Source: Squalus acanthias (taxonomy: Eukaryota). Taken from it: a stretch of DNA of 64,000 nucleotides. Shown here in pieces: positions 32,925-46,040 of this stretch; positions within the stretch are counted from its first letter, which is position 1; every line of letters begins with the position of its first letter. The stretch covers positions 79,672,001 to 79,736,000 of the forward strand of contig CM059432.1 of assembly GCA_030390025.1 (NCBI GenBank), given 5' to 3'. The position numbers were made by a program, and so were the translations under genes. Below the pieces are notes generated by a model. The model saw nothing but the letters and a program-made list of their open reading frames with translations. It was not told where the DNA came from and searched no databases.

Positions 32925-35780
32925 TGGGAAAATGCTGGAGTCCATCAGAAAGGAAGTGGTAGCAGGACATTTAGAAAATCAGAATATAGTCGAGCAGAGT
33001 CAGCATGGTTTTATGAAAGGGAAATCATGTTTGACAAATTTGCTGGAGTTCTTTGAGGATGTAACGAGCAGGGTGAATAAAGGGGAACTAGTAGATGTCG
33101 TGTATTTGGATTTCCAGAAGGCATTCGATAAGGTGCCACATAAAAGGTTATTGCACAAGATAAGAGCTCACGGGTTTGGGGGTAATATATTAGCATGGAT
33201 AGAGGATTGGCTAACTAACAGAAAACAGAGAGTCGGGATAAATGGGTCATTTTCAGGTTGGCAAACTGTAGCTAGTGGGGTGCCGCAGGGATCAGTGCTG
33301 GGGCCTCAACTATTTACAATCTATATTAATGACTTGGATGAAGGGACCGAGTGTAATGTTGTGAAGGAATAGCCAGGATTCAGAAAAATACACGATACTA
33401 AGAACAGATTTCTGAAATTATTAATAAAAGACATACTGGGTTTAAAAGACATAAGCCTTAGCAGACAAGGCTGCAGGCAGAAATACAGGCTTCTGAGATA
33501 AAGATCAGTTGTTAAACAAAGTTGTAAAACATCACAAGCTTTGAAATGGGAATTAGTTAAAAATACTAAAACAATGCCCTATTGAAGCAAACCATTGAAG
33601 GTTCCTCTATGTCTGAACATTGGAACCAACACAATGGAATCACCCAGTTTAAAGTGTTAAAAGCTAACACTGATGCAAACAGAAACTTAGAATATTAAAC
33701 AACCATAAGCCTTCATAATATAACATCAAATAAGACAGGAAACACGATTAAATATGCAAACAATTGAGATAGCTAGAAAACAAGTAAACACTGAGTTAAA
33801 GTGTTTTCAATTTACATATTGTAAATATAATACCTACAGAAGGCTTTGAAGAAATGACATCAAGTAAAAGAAACGCCTGCTGAACAAATAGTTTTAATGT
33901 TGAGCTTGAAATATGGAGTCCCAAGGTCTGATAAAAACCAATTGAAGTAAATAAGAAATGTATGGAACACTCTAGATGAAGTATTTACAAGTTGTAAAAT
34001 ATACCTACAGAAAGACTTCCGAAGAATGGCATCAAATAGATAAATCGATAATAACCATTTTATGATAGGTTTTTGAAACACCTAAAGGTAGAGACACAAG
34101 TCTAAAAGCTGACAGCTGAAATCACAGTAAAGAATAGAACAAAGTCAGCAAAGAATGACTTGACACAATTAGCTTACATCAGCACGAATACTTCAAAGGA
34201 TAAGCCACCAAAAAAAGATATAAAAATACGAGCTTTTCAGATAGAAAGTCAGAAGTCGCTGGGAAGACCAGCGTTTCTCAACTTCACAGAAATTCTCTGT
34301 TTTTAACTTTTGAGTCTCGGGTAATCAAGGTATTTGATTTTGGTGGATATTCTGGATTAAGAAATAAGTAGAAGTGTGGAAATGTAACGAAATTAAGATT
34401 TGAGAATAAGGATCTCTGATAAGAAATGTAAGCTATTTGTATTTTGAACGATTGAAGTTGCGATTGCCATAGCAGCTGTTTACTAAATGTCGGTTCTTTA
34501 ATAAATCTATATATTTTTAGAATAGTCTCAGAGTATTTTGTATCATCTTGCGAACTCAATTTCTGTACACTCTAAGGAGTTGCAGAATTCTGGGGGGTAT
34601 TCCGGACCCTCATAATATCCGGAAGGTTACAGTCTAGTTAAACTTATTAAAAGTACTATCCGGAGGACGGTAACATCTTTAGACCATTTCTTTCCTTTAG
34701 GGAGAGGTAGTCTGACCTTTAGACCCAATTAAGCGTCTTATGGGATCCGGCTACCGCTAACTTTAGTTGAAGGTAAACGTCTGGGGAATACGCCTGATCT
34801 GGGGTAGTCCGAAAGGGCTAGGACTTGTAATTATCCCTTCAATGTAGCCAAATTTGCTGCTGATATAAAGATAGGTGGGAAAGCAAATTGTGTGGAGGAC
34901 GCAAAGAATCTCCAAAGGGATATAGATAGGCTTAAGTGAGTGGACAAAAATCTGGCAGATGGAGTATAATGTGGGAAAATGCGAGGTTATCCACTTCGGT
35001 AGGAAGAATAAAAAAGCAAATTATTATTTAAATGGGGAGAGATTACAATGCGCTGAGGTACAGAGGGATCTGGGGGTCCTTGTACATGAATCACAAAAAG
35101 TTAGCATGCAGGTACAGCAAGTAATTAGGAAGGCAAATGGAATGTTGGCCTTTATTGCAAAGGGAATGGAGTATAAAAGTAGGGAAGTCCTGTTACAACT
35201 GTACAGGGCGTTAGTGAGATCACACCTGGAGTACTGCGTACAGTTTTGGACTCCTTATTTAAGGAAGGATATACTTGCATTGGAGGCAGTTCAGAGAAGG
35301 TTCATGAGGTTGATTCTGGAGATGAAGGGGTTGTCTTATGAAGAAAGGTTGAGCAGATTGGGCCAATACTCATTGGAGTTTAGAAGAATGAGAGGGGATC
35401 TTATTGAAACATAAGATTCTGAAGGGGCTTGACAGAGTAGATGCAGAGAGGATGTTTCTCCTCGTGGGGGAATCTAGAACTAGGGGGCATAATTTCAGAA
35501 TAAGGGGGCACCCTTTTAAAACGGAAATGAGGAGGAATTTCTTCTCAGAGGGTCGTGAATCTTTGGAATTCTCTTCCCCAGAGAGCTGTGGAGGCTGGGT
35601 CATTGAATATATTTAAGGTGGAGATAGACAGATTTTTGAATGGTAAGGGAGTCAAGGGTTATGGGGAATAGACAGGGAAGTGGAGTTGAGGCCAAGATCA
35701 GATCAGCCATGATCTTATTGAATGGCGGAGCAGGCTCGAGGGGCCAAATGACCTACTCCTGCTCCTACGTCTTATGTTCT
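32925..35780 (+). mobile_element. CR1 nested in opposite orientation, itself split by an LTR
   Basis: ORFs 32890-33372 and 34959-35414 are consecutive parts of CR1 ORF2; 3' tail at ~35780. Confidence 0.9.
33360..34841 (+). mobile_element. Solo LTR (ERV1- or Gypsy-type), 1482 bp
   Basis: TG...CA ends (TGTGAAGGAATA / TATCCCTTCA), 4-bp TSD ATGT (33356-33359, 34842-34845), TATAAAA at ~34219, no coding capacity. Strand inferred from the TATA position. Confidence 0.85.
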
Positions 35781-36326
35781 CTCTGATCAGCTCGTATTTG
35801 TCCAAATGCTCACTCACCCTGTCCCTAATAACAGATTCTAGTAAATTCCTCACAACTGACTTTAGAACTATAAGTGTATAATTTCCTAGTTTATCTCTAA
35901 TAACTTTCTTAAATAGTGGAGTGACATTGTCAATTTTTCAATCCAAGGTGACAATTCTTGAATCGAGAGAGTTTTGGAAGATCATGACTAACACATCAAC
36001 GATTTCCTCACCTACTGATTTTAATACCCTGGGGTGGAAACCATTGCGTCCTGGAGATTTGACTATCTTTAATAACATTAGTTTCTTCATCTCCATGTTT
36101 TTACTTATATTGAATCAAGTTAGTTCCTCTCCTTGATTTATTTTTAGTTTTCCTGTATCTCTGGTATTTTATCTTCATCCTCTACTGTGAAGACCGATAC
36201 AAAGTAGCTATTTAGTAAGTCTGCCATTTCCTGATATCCAATTACAATATCACCTGCGTCTGTCATTAGGGGCCCACATTACTTTTAGCTAACCTCTTTC
36301 TCTTAATATATTCATAAAAACCTTTA

Positions 36327-38125
36327 GGGGGAGAAATTCACTATCGCCCCGTTTGGGGTGCTAATTTTTAAAAGTTTGAAAAATTAGCGCCAGCCGCTAA
36401 CTATTTCATACTTTTGAAAAATTCGCTGTTCGCGCTCCAAGAAGGATGTGGAACACTAAATCAAGTGCTCCACTTCCTTCTTGAAGCGCAATCGGCAGCA
36501 GACGGGGCGGAGACTTCAGCAGCGCTGCACACTGGGCCGTGCAGCATTGCTGCGTTCAAAGGCTCCTTCCCTCCCTTAAAGGGAAGGGCCATCGCTGCAG
36601 GCTCTGCACTATAAAAAATGGATCCACCACAGACCCAATTCACGTACGGACCGGGGTCAAGCAAGGCTGTGTCATCGCACCAACGTTCTTCTAGATCTTC
36701 CTTGCTGCAATTGCAATGCTCCATCTCACCCTCCGTAAGCTCCCCACTGGAGTGGAGCTAATCTACAGAACAAACGGGAAACTGTTCAACCTCCGTCGTC
36801 TCCAGTCCAGATCCAAGGTCGTCCCATCCTCTGTCATCGAATTACAGTATGCAGACGATGCTTGCATCTGCGCAAACTCTGAGGTTGAACTCCAAACCAT
36901 TGTCAACACCGTCATCGAAGCGTACGAGAGCATGGGCCTTACACTAAACATCTGTAAGACAAAGGTCCTCTACCAACCTGCCCCCGCCACACAGCACTGC
37001 CCCCCCCGCCCCCCCCGATTATCAAAATCCATGACGAGGCCTTGGACAACGTGGACCACTTTCTATACCTCGGGAGCCTACTGTCAACAAGGGCAGACGT
37101 CGATGACAAAGTCCAACACCACCTTCAGTGTGCCAGTGCAGCCTTCAGTCGCCTGAGGAAGAGAGTGTTTGAAGACCAGGACCTCAAACCCGGCACCAAG
37201 CTCATGGTTTACAGAGCAGTAGTGATTCCCGCCCTCCTGTATGCTTCAGAGACATGGACCATGTACAGCAGGCACCTCAAAGCACTGGAGAGGTACCACC
37301 AACGCTGCCTCCGCAAGATCCTGCAAATCCATTGGCAGGATAGGCGCACCACCTGTCCGTGTTCTCGCTCAGGCCAACATCCCCAGCATCGAAGGTTTGA
37401 CCACGCTCGATCAGCTCCGATGGACGGGCCACATCGTTCGCATGTCCGATACGAGACTCCCAAAACAAGCGCTGTACTCTGAGCTCCAACACGGTAAGAG
37501 AGCCCCAGGTGGGCAGAGGAAACGCTTCAAGGACACCCTCAAAGCCTCCTTGGAAAAAGTGCAACATCCCCACCGACACCTGGGCATCCCTGGCCCAAGA
37601 CCGCTCAAAGTGGAGGAGAAGCATCTGGGAAGGTGCGAACACCTCGAGTCTCTTTGCCGGGAGCAAGCAGAAGGAGCGCACGTCCAACCCAAGAACCCCA
37701 CCCACCCGCCCCTTCAACCATCGTCTGCCCTACCTGTGACGGAGACTGTAGGTCCTGCATTGGACTCATCAGTCACCTGAGAACTCATTTTTAGCGTGGA
37801 AGCAAGTCATCCTCGGTTCCAAGGGACTGCCTAAGAAGAAGAATAAAAAGTACCTATCTGGACCACGAAGTCAGCCGCGATCTCGTGTGATCAGCCCGGC
37901 ACTCAAGCAGAGTGCCGGGCTGATTGATCGTGGGCAGGAACCCGCGGGAAAAAAACGGAAACAAGAAAAGTAAGTTAATTTTTTTACTTACCTTGACCAC
38001 CTCGCCTTTAATCATCACCCCTGATGCACGCCTCGTGCAGCTGTCTGTGTTTTCGACTGGCGCTGCTGCAGGGAGCAGAAATCAATTTCGGGTCCGGGGC
38101 GATGCACATGGCGATGACGTCACAA
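36327..38125. mobile_element. Harbinger-like non-autonomous element (one TIR, preceded by TTA) interrupted by RTE
   Basis: Starts TTA|GGGGGAGAAATTCA; CpG-rich body resumes after 37849. Confidence 0.6.
36618..37842 (+). mobile_element. RTE-clade LINE, 5'-truncated
   Basis: TGVKQGCVIAPT, LQYADDA, LRWTGHIVRMSDTRLPKQALYSEL; (AAG)n tail; TSD ATAAAAA at 36611-36617 and 37843-37849. Confidence 0.92.
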
Positions 38126-38159
38126 TTGTGTTTTTGATTCCAAAGTCATTCCAGATAGT

Positions 38160-39935
38160 TATCAAAAACACAATTTCTAAATTTGCGGATGACACCTAAT
38201 TTGGGGGGGGCGGAGGTGGGGGGATAGTCAATTCTGAGGAGGACAGCAACAAATTGCAAGAAGACGTTAATAAACTTGCTGAATGGGCATATAATTGGCA
38301 AATGAATTTCAACACAAATAAATGTTAATTATTACATTTTCAAGGAATTGTTACATACAAGGAGGTCACATATTACTTGGAAAATAAGAATCTAAATGGG
38401 ATAGAAGAGCACAGGGATCTCTGAGTACAAATACACAAATCACTAAAAGTAGTGACGCAGGTTAATAAGGACTTAAAAAAAAAAGCAGCAAACCAAGCAC
38501 TTGGGTTTATTTCTAGAGGGATAGAATTAAAAGGTAGAGAAGTTATGCTAAACTTGTATCGAACCTTGGTTAGACCACACTTGGAGTACTGTGTACAGTT
38601 CTGGTCGCCATATTATAAAAAGGATATAGGGGCACTGAAGAGGGTGCAGAGAAGATTTACAAGGATGCGAGGGTATACCTATCAGGAAAGGATGAACAGG
38701 CTGGGTCTCAGGCTGAGGGGTGACCTAATAGAGGTCTTTAAAATTATGTAAGGTTTTGATAGAGTAGACACAGAGGGCTCAATTTTCACCAGCCCTTGGA
38801 GGCGGGAGTGGTGTGAAAATAGCAGATTCGGGGGTCCCGAAACCATCCCGCCCCCAACCCGCCTCCATGCCAGTTTCCCCAGGAGGCGGGTACCCGACCT
38901 GTGCTGGGACCCGCCTCCCCGAGGCGGGAAGGGGATTAGTGCCAATAAACTGCCTGTTAACAGGTAGTTAACAGGCAGTTTTTTGCCTAATCCCTATTTT
39001 TAGCCCTGAAGTGTGGGCTTCCCGACAGGTCCGAACCACGCCGATTTAGCGAGGCGGACCGTCGGTCTGGAGGGCTTGGAGGGGTCGAGATGTTCGGTGT
39101 GCAGGTGAGTGATGGGTGCATGAGTGCAGAGGTAAGTGTGTTTGGTGTGTGTAAAGTGTTTTAAGAACTTTTACTTACCTTAACTTTGTCCTGCAGGCTA
39201 GCTTCCTTAAGGTGTCGGGAGTCCCTCACATTTACGGCACAGAAAGCAGAATGGCCGCGGAGCTGTCAAAAGCTGCAGTCTCTGCTTTCTGTGCTGGATT
39301 GATTTCTAACTGAGTCTAAGTACAGGGACTCAAGTTAGAAATCATAGTCAGTGTTTGACAGCTTCACAGAGCTGTCAAACGCTGAAATTTCATCTGTCAA
39401 AAGCTCTTGACAGATGAAATTTCAATGGCTGACGTCGCCTGTATCCAAGGGACCCTTGATTGGCCTGCTAAGCCTGCTGGGCTGGCTTAACAAGGTCAAT
39501 CAAGGGAAAATACAGTGGGTTGGCCACAAGTCGATGGAGGCGGGACTACAACCCAAAAAGTGGGAGTCCCGCCTCCAGCACGTCCCCATTGACAAAATCC
39601 AGCCCAGAGTGTTTCCACTTGTGGGGAAGAGCAAAACTAGAGACTATCAATCTAAGATAGTCACCAAGAAATCCAATAGGGAATTCAGAAGAAGCTTCTT
39701 TACCCAGAGAGTGGTGAGAATGTGGAACTCGCTACCACAGGGAGTGGTTGTAGCGAATAGTATAGATGCATTTAAGGGGAGGCCAGATAAGCATATGAGG
39801 GAGAAGGGAATGGAGGGTTACGCTGATAGGGTTAGATGAGGAAAGACGGGAGGAGGCTTGAGTGGAGCATAAACACCGGCACAAACTGGTTGGGCCGAAT
39901 GGCCTGTTTCTGTGCTGCATATCCTATGTAATCCT
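38160..39935 (+). mobile_element. CR1 3' fragment split by MITE
   Basis: [34 protein letters not shown]. Confidence 0.85.
38775..39605. mobile_element. Harbinger-like MITE (family B)
   Basis: TIRs GGGCTCAATTTT / AAAATCCAGCCC; 3-bp TSD AGA. Confidence 0.88.
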
Positions 39936-40249
39936 ATATAGTTGTCCTTGGCTGGTAAAATAAAAGACTTTATACTCTAATTAGTGGGTATGTTAATTTT
40001 TGGAGTTTTGGGTTTTTTTTCTTCTGGAAGTGATAACGATTCTTTAATTCTGCATGAAGGGACCATGTGTGGGGTCCGTGTGTGCGGGTGTTTTGTTCAG
40101 AAGTGCTGTTCCTCAGGTTTCCCCGGAGTTTGTAGCTCTGGATTGTTGCAGATTGGACTGCAGATTCAGGTCGCAACCTTGTGTGGGAACCGAGTTTGGC
40201 GCAGCCGGAGCGCTGAGTGGGTGCACTCGCGAACACGTAGTTGGTAATG

Positions 40250-40620
40250 GCGGTGCCCAGGAGTCGCACGTGAACCTTGGGCAGGAGAGCGCAAGAGGCA
40301 GCTGAGCAAGCAGTGCCCCGAGCCCTGACACCACCAAACCCCGGGGTGGGGGCATTCATGCGTGGCTCCTGGGTGCTAACCGTGTGTGTGAGGATCCCAG
40401 GGTTTGGTGGTGTCTGGGCTCAGGACACCGCTCGCTCTGCTGCTTCTCGCGTTCTCTGGCCTGGTGCGGGGTTCACGTGCGGCTCCTGGGCACTTGCAGA
40501 GTGTGTGAGGATCCCGGGGTTTAGTGGTGTCTGGGTTTGGGGTCCTGCTTGCTTTGCCACCTCTCTGAACCGGTGTGGTCTGATCCCGGGCTTTGGTGGT
40601 GTCTGGGCTTCCGAGTCCTT
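40250..40620. repeat. GC-rich ~115-bp degenerate tandem repeat with one inverted unit
   Basis: GATCCCRGGSTTTRGTGGTGTCTGGG occurs three times on +, and once reverse-complemented at ~40320-40345. Confidence 0.8.
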
Positions 40621-40719
40621 CTTTGCATGTGCCGTTTTAGTGGGGGCGGGACGTTTAGGCCCCATCCCCCATACGGACACATGCACAGAAGGACGCAGAA
40701 GACCGTGCAAATAATGACA

Positions 40720-43700
40720 GTGGAATTTTTTGAGGTTGTAACTAGCAGGGTACAATGTTCCCTCTAATTTTTTTTTATACTGAGCGGGCCACGAACTCCT
40801 TTTTTTCTGTGGGCAAATTTTACGACAACAACAACAACTTTTTACAATAACAACTTTTACAAAAACGCCAGCAACCACTTAAAAGCCTATATACAGTAAT
40901 GCCATATTGCCACCCCACAGTCTCAAATCATGAGACAATCAGACAAGGTTCTATACAAGTTTAACATAATTTCTCTGCTTTTGAATTCCATTCCTCTCGA
41001 ACCCCAGTGCTTTATTTGCACTTTTATGGCTTTTTGAACCTGCGTTGCTACTTTTAATGATTTGTGAATCTATACCCCTCGATCCCTTTGCACCTCTACT
41101 CCATTTAGACTCTTATTTTCCAAGGAGTAGGTCGCCTCCTTATTCCTCCTACCAAAATACACCACCTCACACTTATCTATATTGAAATTCATTTGTTATT
41201 TACATGCTCATTCTGCAAGTTTGTTTACGATAGAATTAATTAAAAGCTTTTACAAACTTGTACAAACTCTATTTAAAAAAAAAAAAATTACTTGTCAGAA
41301 ATGACTGGGATATAAAATAACTGCATAATAATGCATTAACACTTCAGAAACGCCACTCAGTTACACGGTTGTGCATCGACAAACAATCCAAAAGCCCAAG
41401 GTGAGCTGAAAGAGGCATATCCATCCAATTTGTATTAATTTTAAAATTTTCAACGTATTAGCTCATCCCTCATGTCACTATAGCAATGGCTGCACAAGCA
41501 GCAGGAGGAGCAGCTTTCCTATAGCGCTGACGGCTGGATGTCCACATAAGTAATTAGAATATTATTCACAATGCAACCAGACACTCAGCAAATATAAAGT
41601 GCTGTAGTTCTTTAGTTTACAGTATTAAAAAGAATTGAACAAAAACGGGTATTTTCAACTTCAATCACTTCCATTAATAAACGTTGTCTTCTTGAACCAG
41701 CACACCCCCCCCCCCCGCCCCCACGTAACATGTCAGAAATGTAGCACTTATTCACAAGTGCAGAAAAACACATACACAATTTGTGTCACCGAATTAAGAA
41801 CAACAAGCCGGAAAAGCTATGATTTAACAGAAATAAACATTCATTTTTCTTCCTGGACAGAAGAACCAATCGGACTGACTTGGAAATGTTTACTAGTATG
41901 GTGACGTAAAGATGTTAATTTACAAATTTTGCTTCTAATGTTTTGCTCTCAAACATTCTCCACAATATTAATCCCTGCGCTTAAGAGTAAGGAAGTCTTG
42001 CTACAATTGTACAGGCTTTGGTGAGACCACATCTGGAGTACTGTGCACAGTTTTGGTCTCCTTATCTGAGGAAGGATATACTTGCCTCAAAGGCAGTACA
42101 ACAAAGGCTTCACTAGATTGATCCCTGGGATGAGAGGGTTGTCCTATGAGGAGAGATTGAGTAGATTGGGCCTATACTCTCCGGAGTTTAGAAGAATGAG
42201 GTGATCTCATTAAAAATATACAAGATTCTGAGGGGATTGACAGGGTAGATATTGAGAGGTTGTTTCCCTTGGCTGGAGAGTCTAGAACTAGGGGGTATAG
42301 TCTTCGGATAAGGGGTTGGCCATTTAGTACGGCGATGAGGAGGAATTTCTTCACTTAAGAGGGTTGTGAATCTTTGGAATTCTCTACCCCAGAGGGCTGT
42401 GGATGCTCAGTTGTTGAGCATATTCAAGGCTGAGATAGATAGATAGATTTTTGGATTCTAAGGGAATACAAGGATATGGGATCGGGCGGGAAAGTGGAGT
42501 TGAGGTCGAAGATCAGCCATGATCTTATTGAATGGTGGAGCAGGCTTGAAGGGCTGTATGGCCTACTACTGCTCCTAAGAACATTCTTATGTTCTTAAGC
42601 GAAGTGTTTCAGCCTTTGCTTGTTAAAATTGGGGACCAAAGTGAATGGCTCAAAAACTGGTGTCAAATCAAACAATTGATCCAAAAGCATTTGAGCCTCA
42701 AAGGGTAGCAGTTATATTTGGGTTAAGTACTGCAGAATCATTGACATCATTGGCACGACAGTTTTTTTTAAAAGAGCCCTTGTAAAGGGGGACTGATTTT
42801 CTGGTAATGCTTGCATTTTTGGCTAACACCCATGCCTGGACCCTCTGACTAATGACTTGTTTGGCTGGTTAATGTAGCCATACTGGCTGCTTTGCATAAA
42901 CCAGGCTGTGAATGAGGAAATTCTTGACATCAGGGGCCATTTTTGGGGCAGATGGAAGCTCTGTCTCAAACAAGTCCCCACAGAAACTACCAACATAGGC
43001 TGAGACCTGTTGGATCCATGTCCTGATACAATTTTTGGCCTCTCCAAAGGACTTCCAGGGGACTTACCAGTGTGGCCAATAGCCCTGCAGATTAGTAAGA
43101 TGATGTTTCTTTAACTTAACACTACGCTTGTTACTGGCCAGGATTGCGTGCTGAGGTACTTACTGACTTGCCTTTCTTTGACTGTCTAATAACCCACTCG
43201 GGCCGCACTCTCACTCCCGTGGCACACTGAAGCTTCGCGCTGGCGACGCTGACTGGAGGCGGCATTTGCGCGGTAACCGCCCCTCAGTGACAGCCGTCTG
43301 ATTGGCAAGCCAGTGTGATTGGCAGGCCAGACCAGCCACTGACGTGCGTCGGGAGGGTCCCACCTTCTCTTTCCACTGATTGACCGGGGAACCCTGGTTG
43401 AGAGAGCCTGCAAATGCACGTCAGTGGCTGGACAGGCCTGCCAATCATACGGCTGCTTGTGAGGTGTGGTTACCGCGCAGCTGCCTGCCTCGAGTCAGCA
43501 TCCCCGGCGCGAAGCTTTAGTGTGCCGCGGGAGCGCGAGTGCGTGGCCCGCTTATTTAACTGCGTGGCCTAATCAAGAGTGCTGCGCGGCTGCGCACGCG
43601 TGCAGCTTAGGGGGGAACAGTGGCAGGGTAGATAAGGGCGAACCAGTGAATGTAGTGTATTTGGATTTTCAAAAAGCATTCAATAAGGTGCCACACGAGA

Positions 43701-44835
43701 TTATTGCACAAAATTAGGGCTCATGGAATTGGGGTAATATATTGGCATGGATTAAGGATTGGTTAGCGGACAGAACAGAGAGTAGGAATAAATGGTTAAT
43801 TTTTGGGTTGGCAGGCTGTAACTAGAGGAGTACCGCAAGGATCAGTGCTTGGGCCTCAGCTATTTACAATATGTATCAATGACCTTAGATGAGGGGACTG
43901 AGTGTAATGTATCCAAGTTTGCTGACGATGCAAAGTTAGGTGGGAAAGTAAGCTGTGAGGAGAATGCAAAGAGGCTGCAAAGGGACAAGTTAAGTGAGTG
44001 GGCAATAACATGGCAGGCGGAATATAATGTTGGGAAGTGTGAAGTTATCCACTTTGGTAGGAAAAATAGAAACGCAGAATATTTTTTAAATGGTAAGCTC
44101 CTGGGAAATGTTGGTATTCAGAGGGACCTGGGTGTCCTTGTACACAAATCACAGAAAGATAACATGGAGGTACAGCAAGCAATTAGGAAAAGCAAATGGT
44201 ATGTTGGCCTTTATTACAAAGGGATTGGAGTATAAGAGTAAAGAATTCTTACTACAACTATATAGGACCTTGCTGAGACCGCACCTGGAGTACTGTGTAC
44301 AGTTTTGGTCTCCTTACCTAAGGAAGGATATACTTGCCGTAGAAGGAGTGCAACAAAGGTTCACCAGACTGATTCCTGGGATGAGGGAATTGTCCTATAA
44401 GGAGAGATTGAGTAGACTAGGTTTATATTCCCTAAAGTTGAGAAGAATGAGAGGTGATCTCATTGAAACATATAAAATTCTCAAAGGGCTTGACTGGGTA
44501 GATGCTGGGTGGTTGTTTCCCCTGGCTGGGGAGTCCAGAACTAGCTGTCACAGTCTCAGAATAAGGGGTCGACCATTTAGGACTGAGATGAGGAGAAATT
44601 TCTTCACTCAGAGGGTGGTGAATCTTAGGAATTCTCTACCCCAGAGAGCTGTGGATGCTCAATCGTTGAGTATATTCAAGACAGAGAACGATAGATTCTT
44701 GGATACTCAGGGAATCAAGGGATATGGGGATAGTGCGGTAAGGTGGAGTTGAGGTAGAAGATTAGCCATGATCTTATTGAATGGCGGAGCAGGCTCGAAG
44801 GGCCGAATGGCCTACTCCTGCTCCTAGTTCTTATG
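40720..44835 (+). mobile_element. CR1 3' fragment split by hAT element
   Basis: EFFEVVTSRV (to 40752) continues as [17 protein letters not shown] from 43631; ORF 44090-44752. Confidence 0.9.
40753..43622. mobile_element. Non-autonomous hAT transposon, 2870 bp, containing CR1 fragments (~40930-41230 -, ~41980-42595 +)
   Basis: Perfect 8-bp TSD GCAGGGTA (40745-40752, 43623-43630); TIRs CAATGTTCCCTCTAA / TTAGGGGGGAACAGTG. Confidence 0.9.
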
Positions 44836-44869
44836 AATGTTAGGTTACCCACTATAGGTTTTTTTTTAC

Positions 44870-45265
44870 ACCTCTGCTTTTCCTCCATCCTCTCTTGAAG
44901 GTATAGACCTATGCTGGATTATGATTCCTTGGATCTCCATCAACTTACACAAGTGGCCATTTTCATGTGTGATTGAATGTTGACAGGCTATTGCGGAATG
45001 TGTCACAGTCAAGTCTAATCCTGTCCTCACTCAACATCCAAACAAAGGCTCTTTCCACCTGGGATCACTAGATATCAGAGAATCCTAGCTGATTTAAAAG
45101 AAAAATAATTTTCCTCTGTGTAGGGGATAGTAAGGCGAATTCTAGCACCCTAACCGCGCCTTCGCTGAGATCAACTAACTCAGCACAGACCAGGGATTGA
45201 ACCTGAAGCTTTCCTGATTTGTATGGCTCAGTACAGATTGGGTAGGGCATTTATCAGGGGAGCCT
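44870..45265 (-). mobile_element. tRNA-derived SINE, AmnSINE2-like (naming tentative)
   Basis: Minus strand GTACTGAGCCATAC...CAGGTTCAATCCCTGGTCTGTGCTGAGTTAGTTGATCTCAGC; more degraded relatives near 21005, 49500 and 58735-58980. Confidence 0.6.
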
Positions 45266-45679
45266 GCTGTCAGTTTTCATGTAAGTGCATTACTTCTGCT
45301 GCAGGGCAGCTCCAAACCAGAAAAAAAAAATCCTGCTTTTTTTAACACTCGTGTGAAGCGCTATGGGACGTTTTATTACATTAAAGGCGCTATAAGTTAT
45401 TTTTTGCCTGCCTGTACAGTGGGTTTAACCCTATACTGCATATCCTGCTTTCTTTTTCTGTTGAGTAAAAATTGAGTGAATCAAAAAAAATGTGTAATAG
45501 TAGACTGGTAATTTTAACCCCCCACAGTATTTGAGCATAGAGAGTAACTACTGATACCAGTTCAATTCATGACAAGTAAATAGATTACTACAATAGAGCA
45601 AGTATGCAATCCTTTGCGTTCAGTGCATTCAAAAACATTAAATTACAGAGAAGTTTTCCCTTGTATTAATAAGTATATG

Positions 45680-46040
45680 CATTTATATTGTGCCTTAACA
45701 CATTGAAACATTTCAAAGCTATTAACAAAATGAATTACTTTTCGAAGTGCATTGACTATTATGTAGGCAATAGTGGCAACCAATCTGCATCAGCAATGTC
45801 CCACAAATGACAGTGAGATAAATGACCAGTTATTCTATTTTGTAATGGTACTGGTTGAGGGATGAATGTTGGACAGGATGTCAGGAAGAACTTTTTTGAG
45901 CAGCGCCGTGGGGTCTTCAACGCCACCTGAAAAACTGGAACAGGCAGACAACCCGTTTAACGTCTCATCTGAAGGATGGTACATGCAGTACTTCCTCAGC
46001 ACGACATTGGAGTGTCTGCCTAGATTATGCATTGAACTCC
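45680..46040 (-). mobile_element. Deu-domain SINE
   Basis: Similar to 2655 and 15250, including the tail. Confidence 0.7.

Larger units (their letters stand above)
31667..36325 (-). mobile_element. CR1 (outer element of a nest; pieces 31667-~32925 and ~35780-36325)
   Basis: RT motifs [30 protein letters not shown]; sequence resumes after the inner CR1. Confidence 0.85.

Noticed and set aside
41348..41400. Exon-like CAG...AAG|GTGAGC segment inside the hAT element
   Set aside because: 53 nt breaks the frame, weak pyrimidine tract, no CSPP1 similarity.
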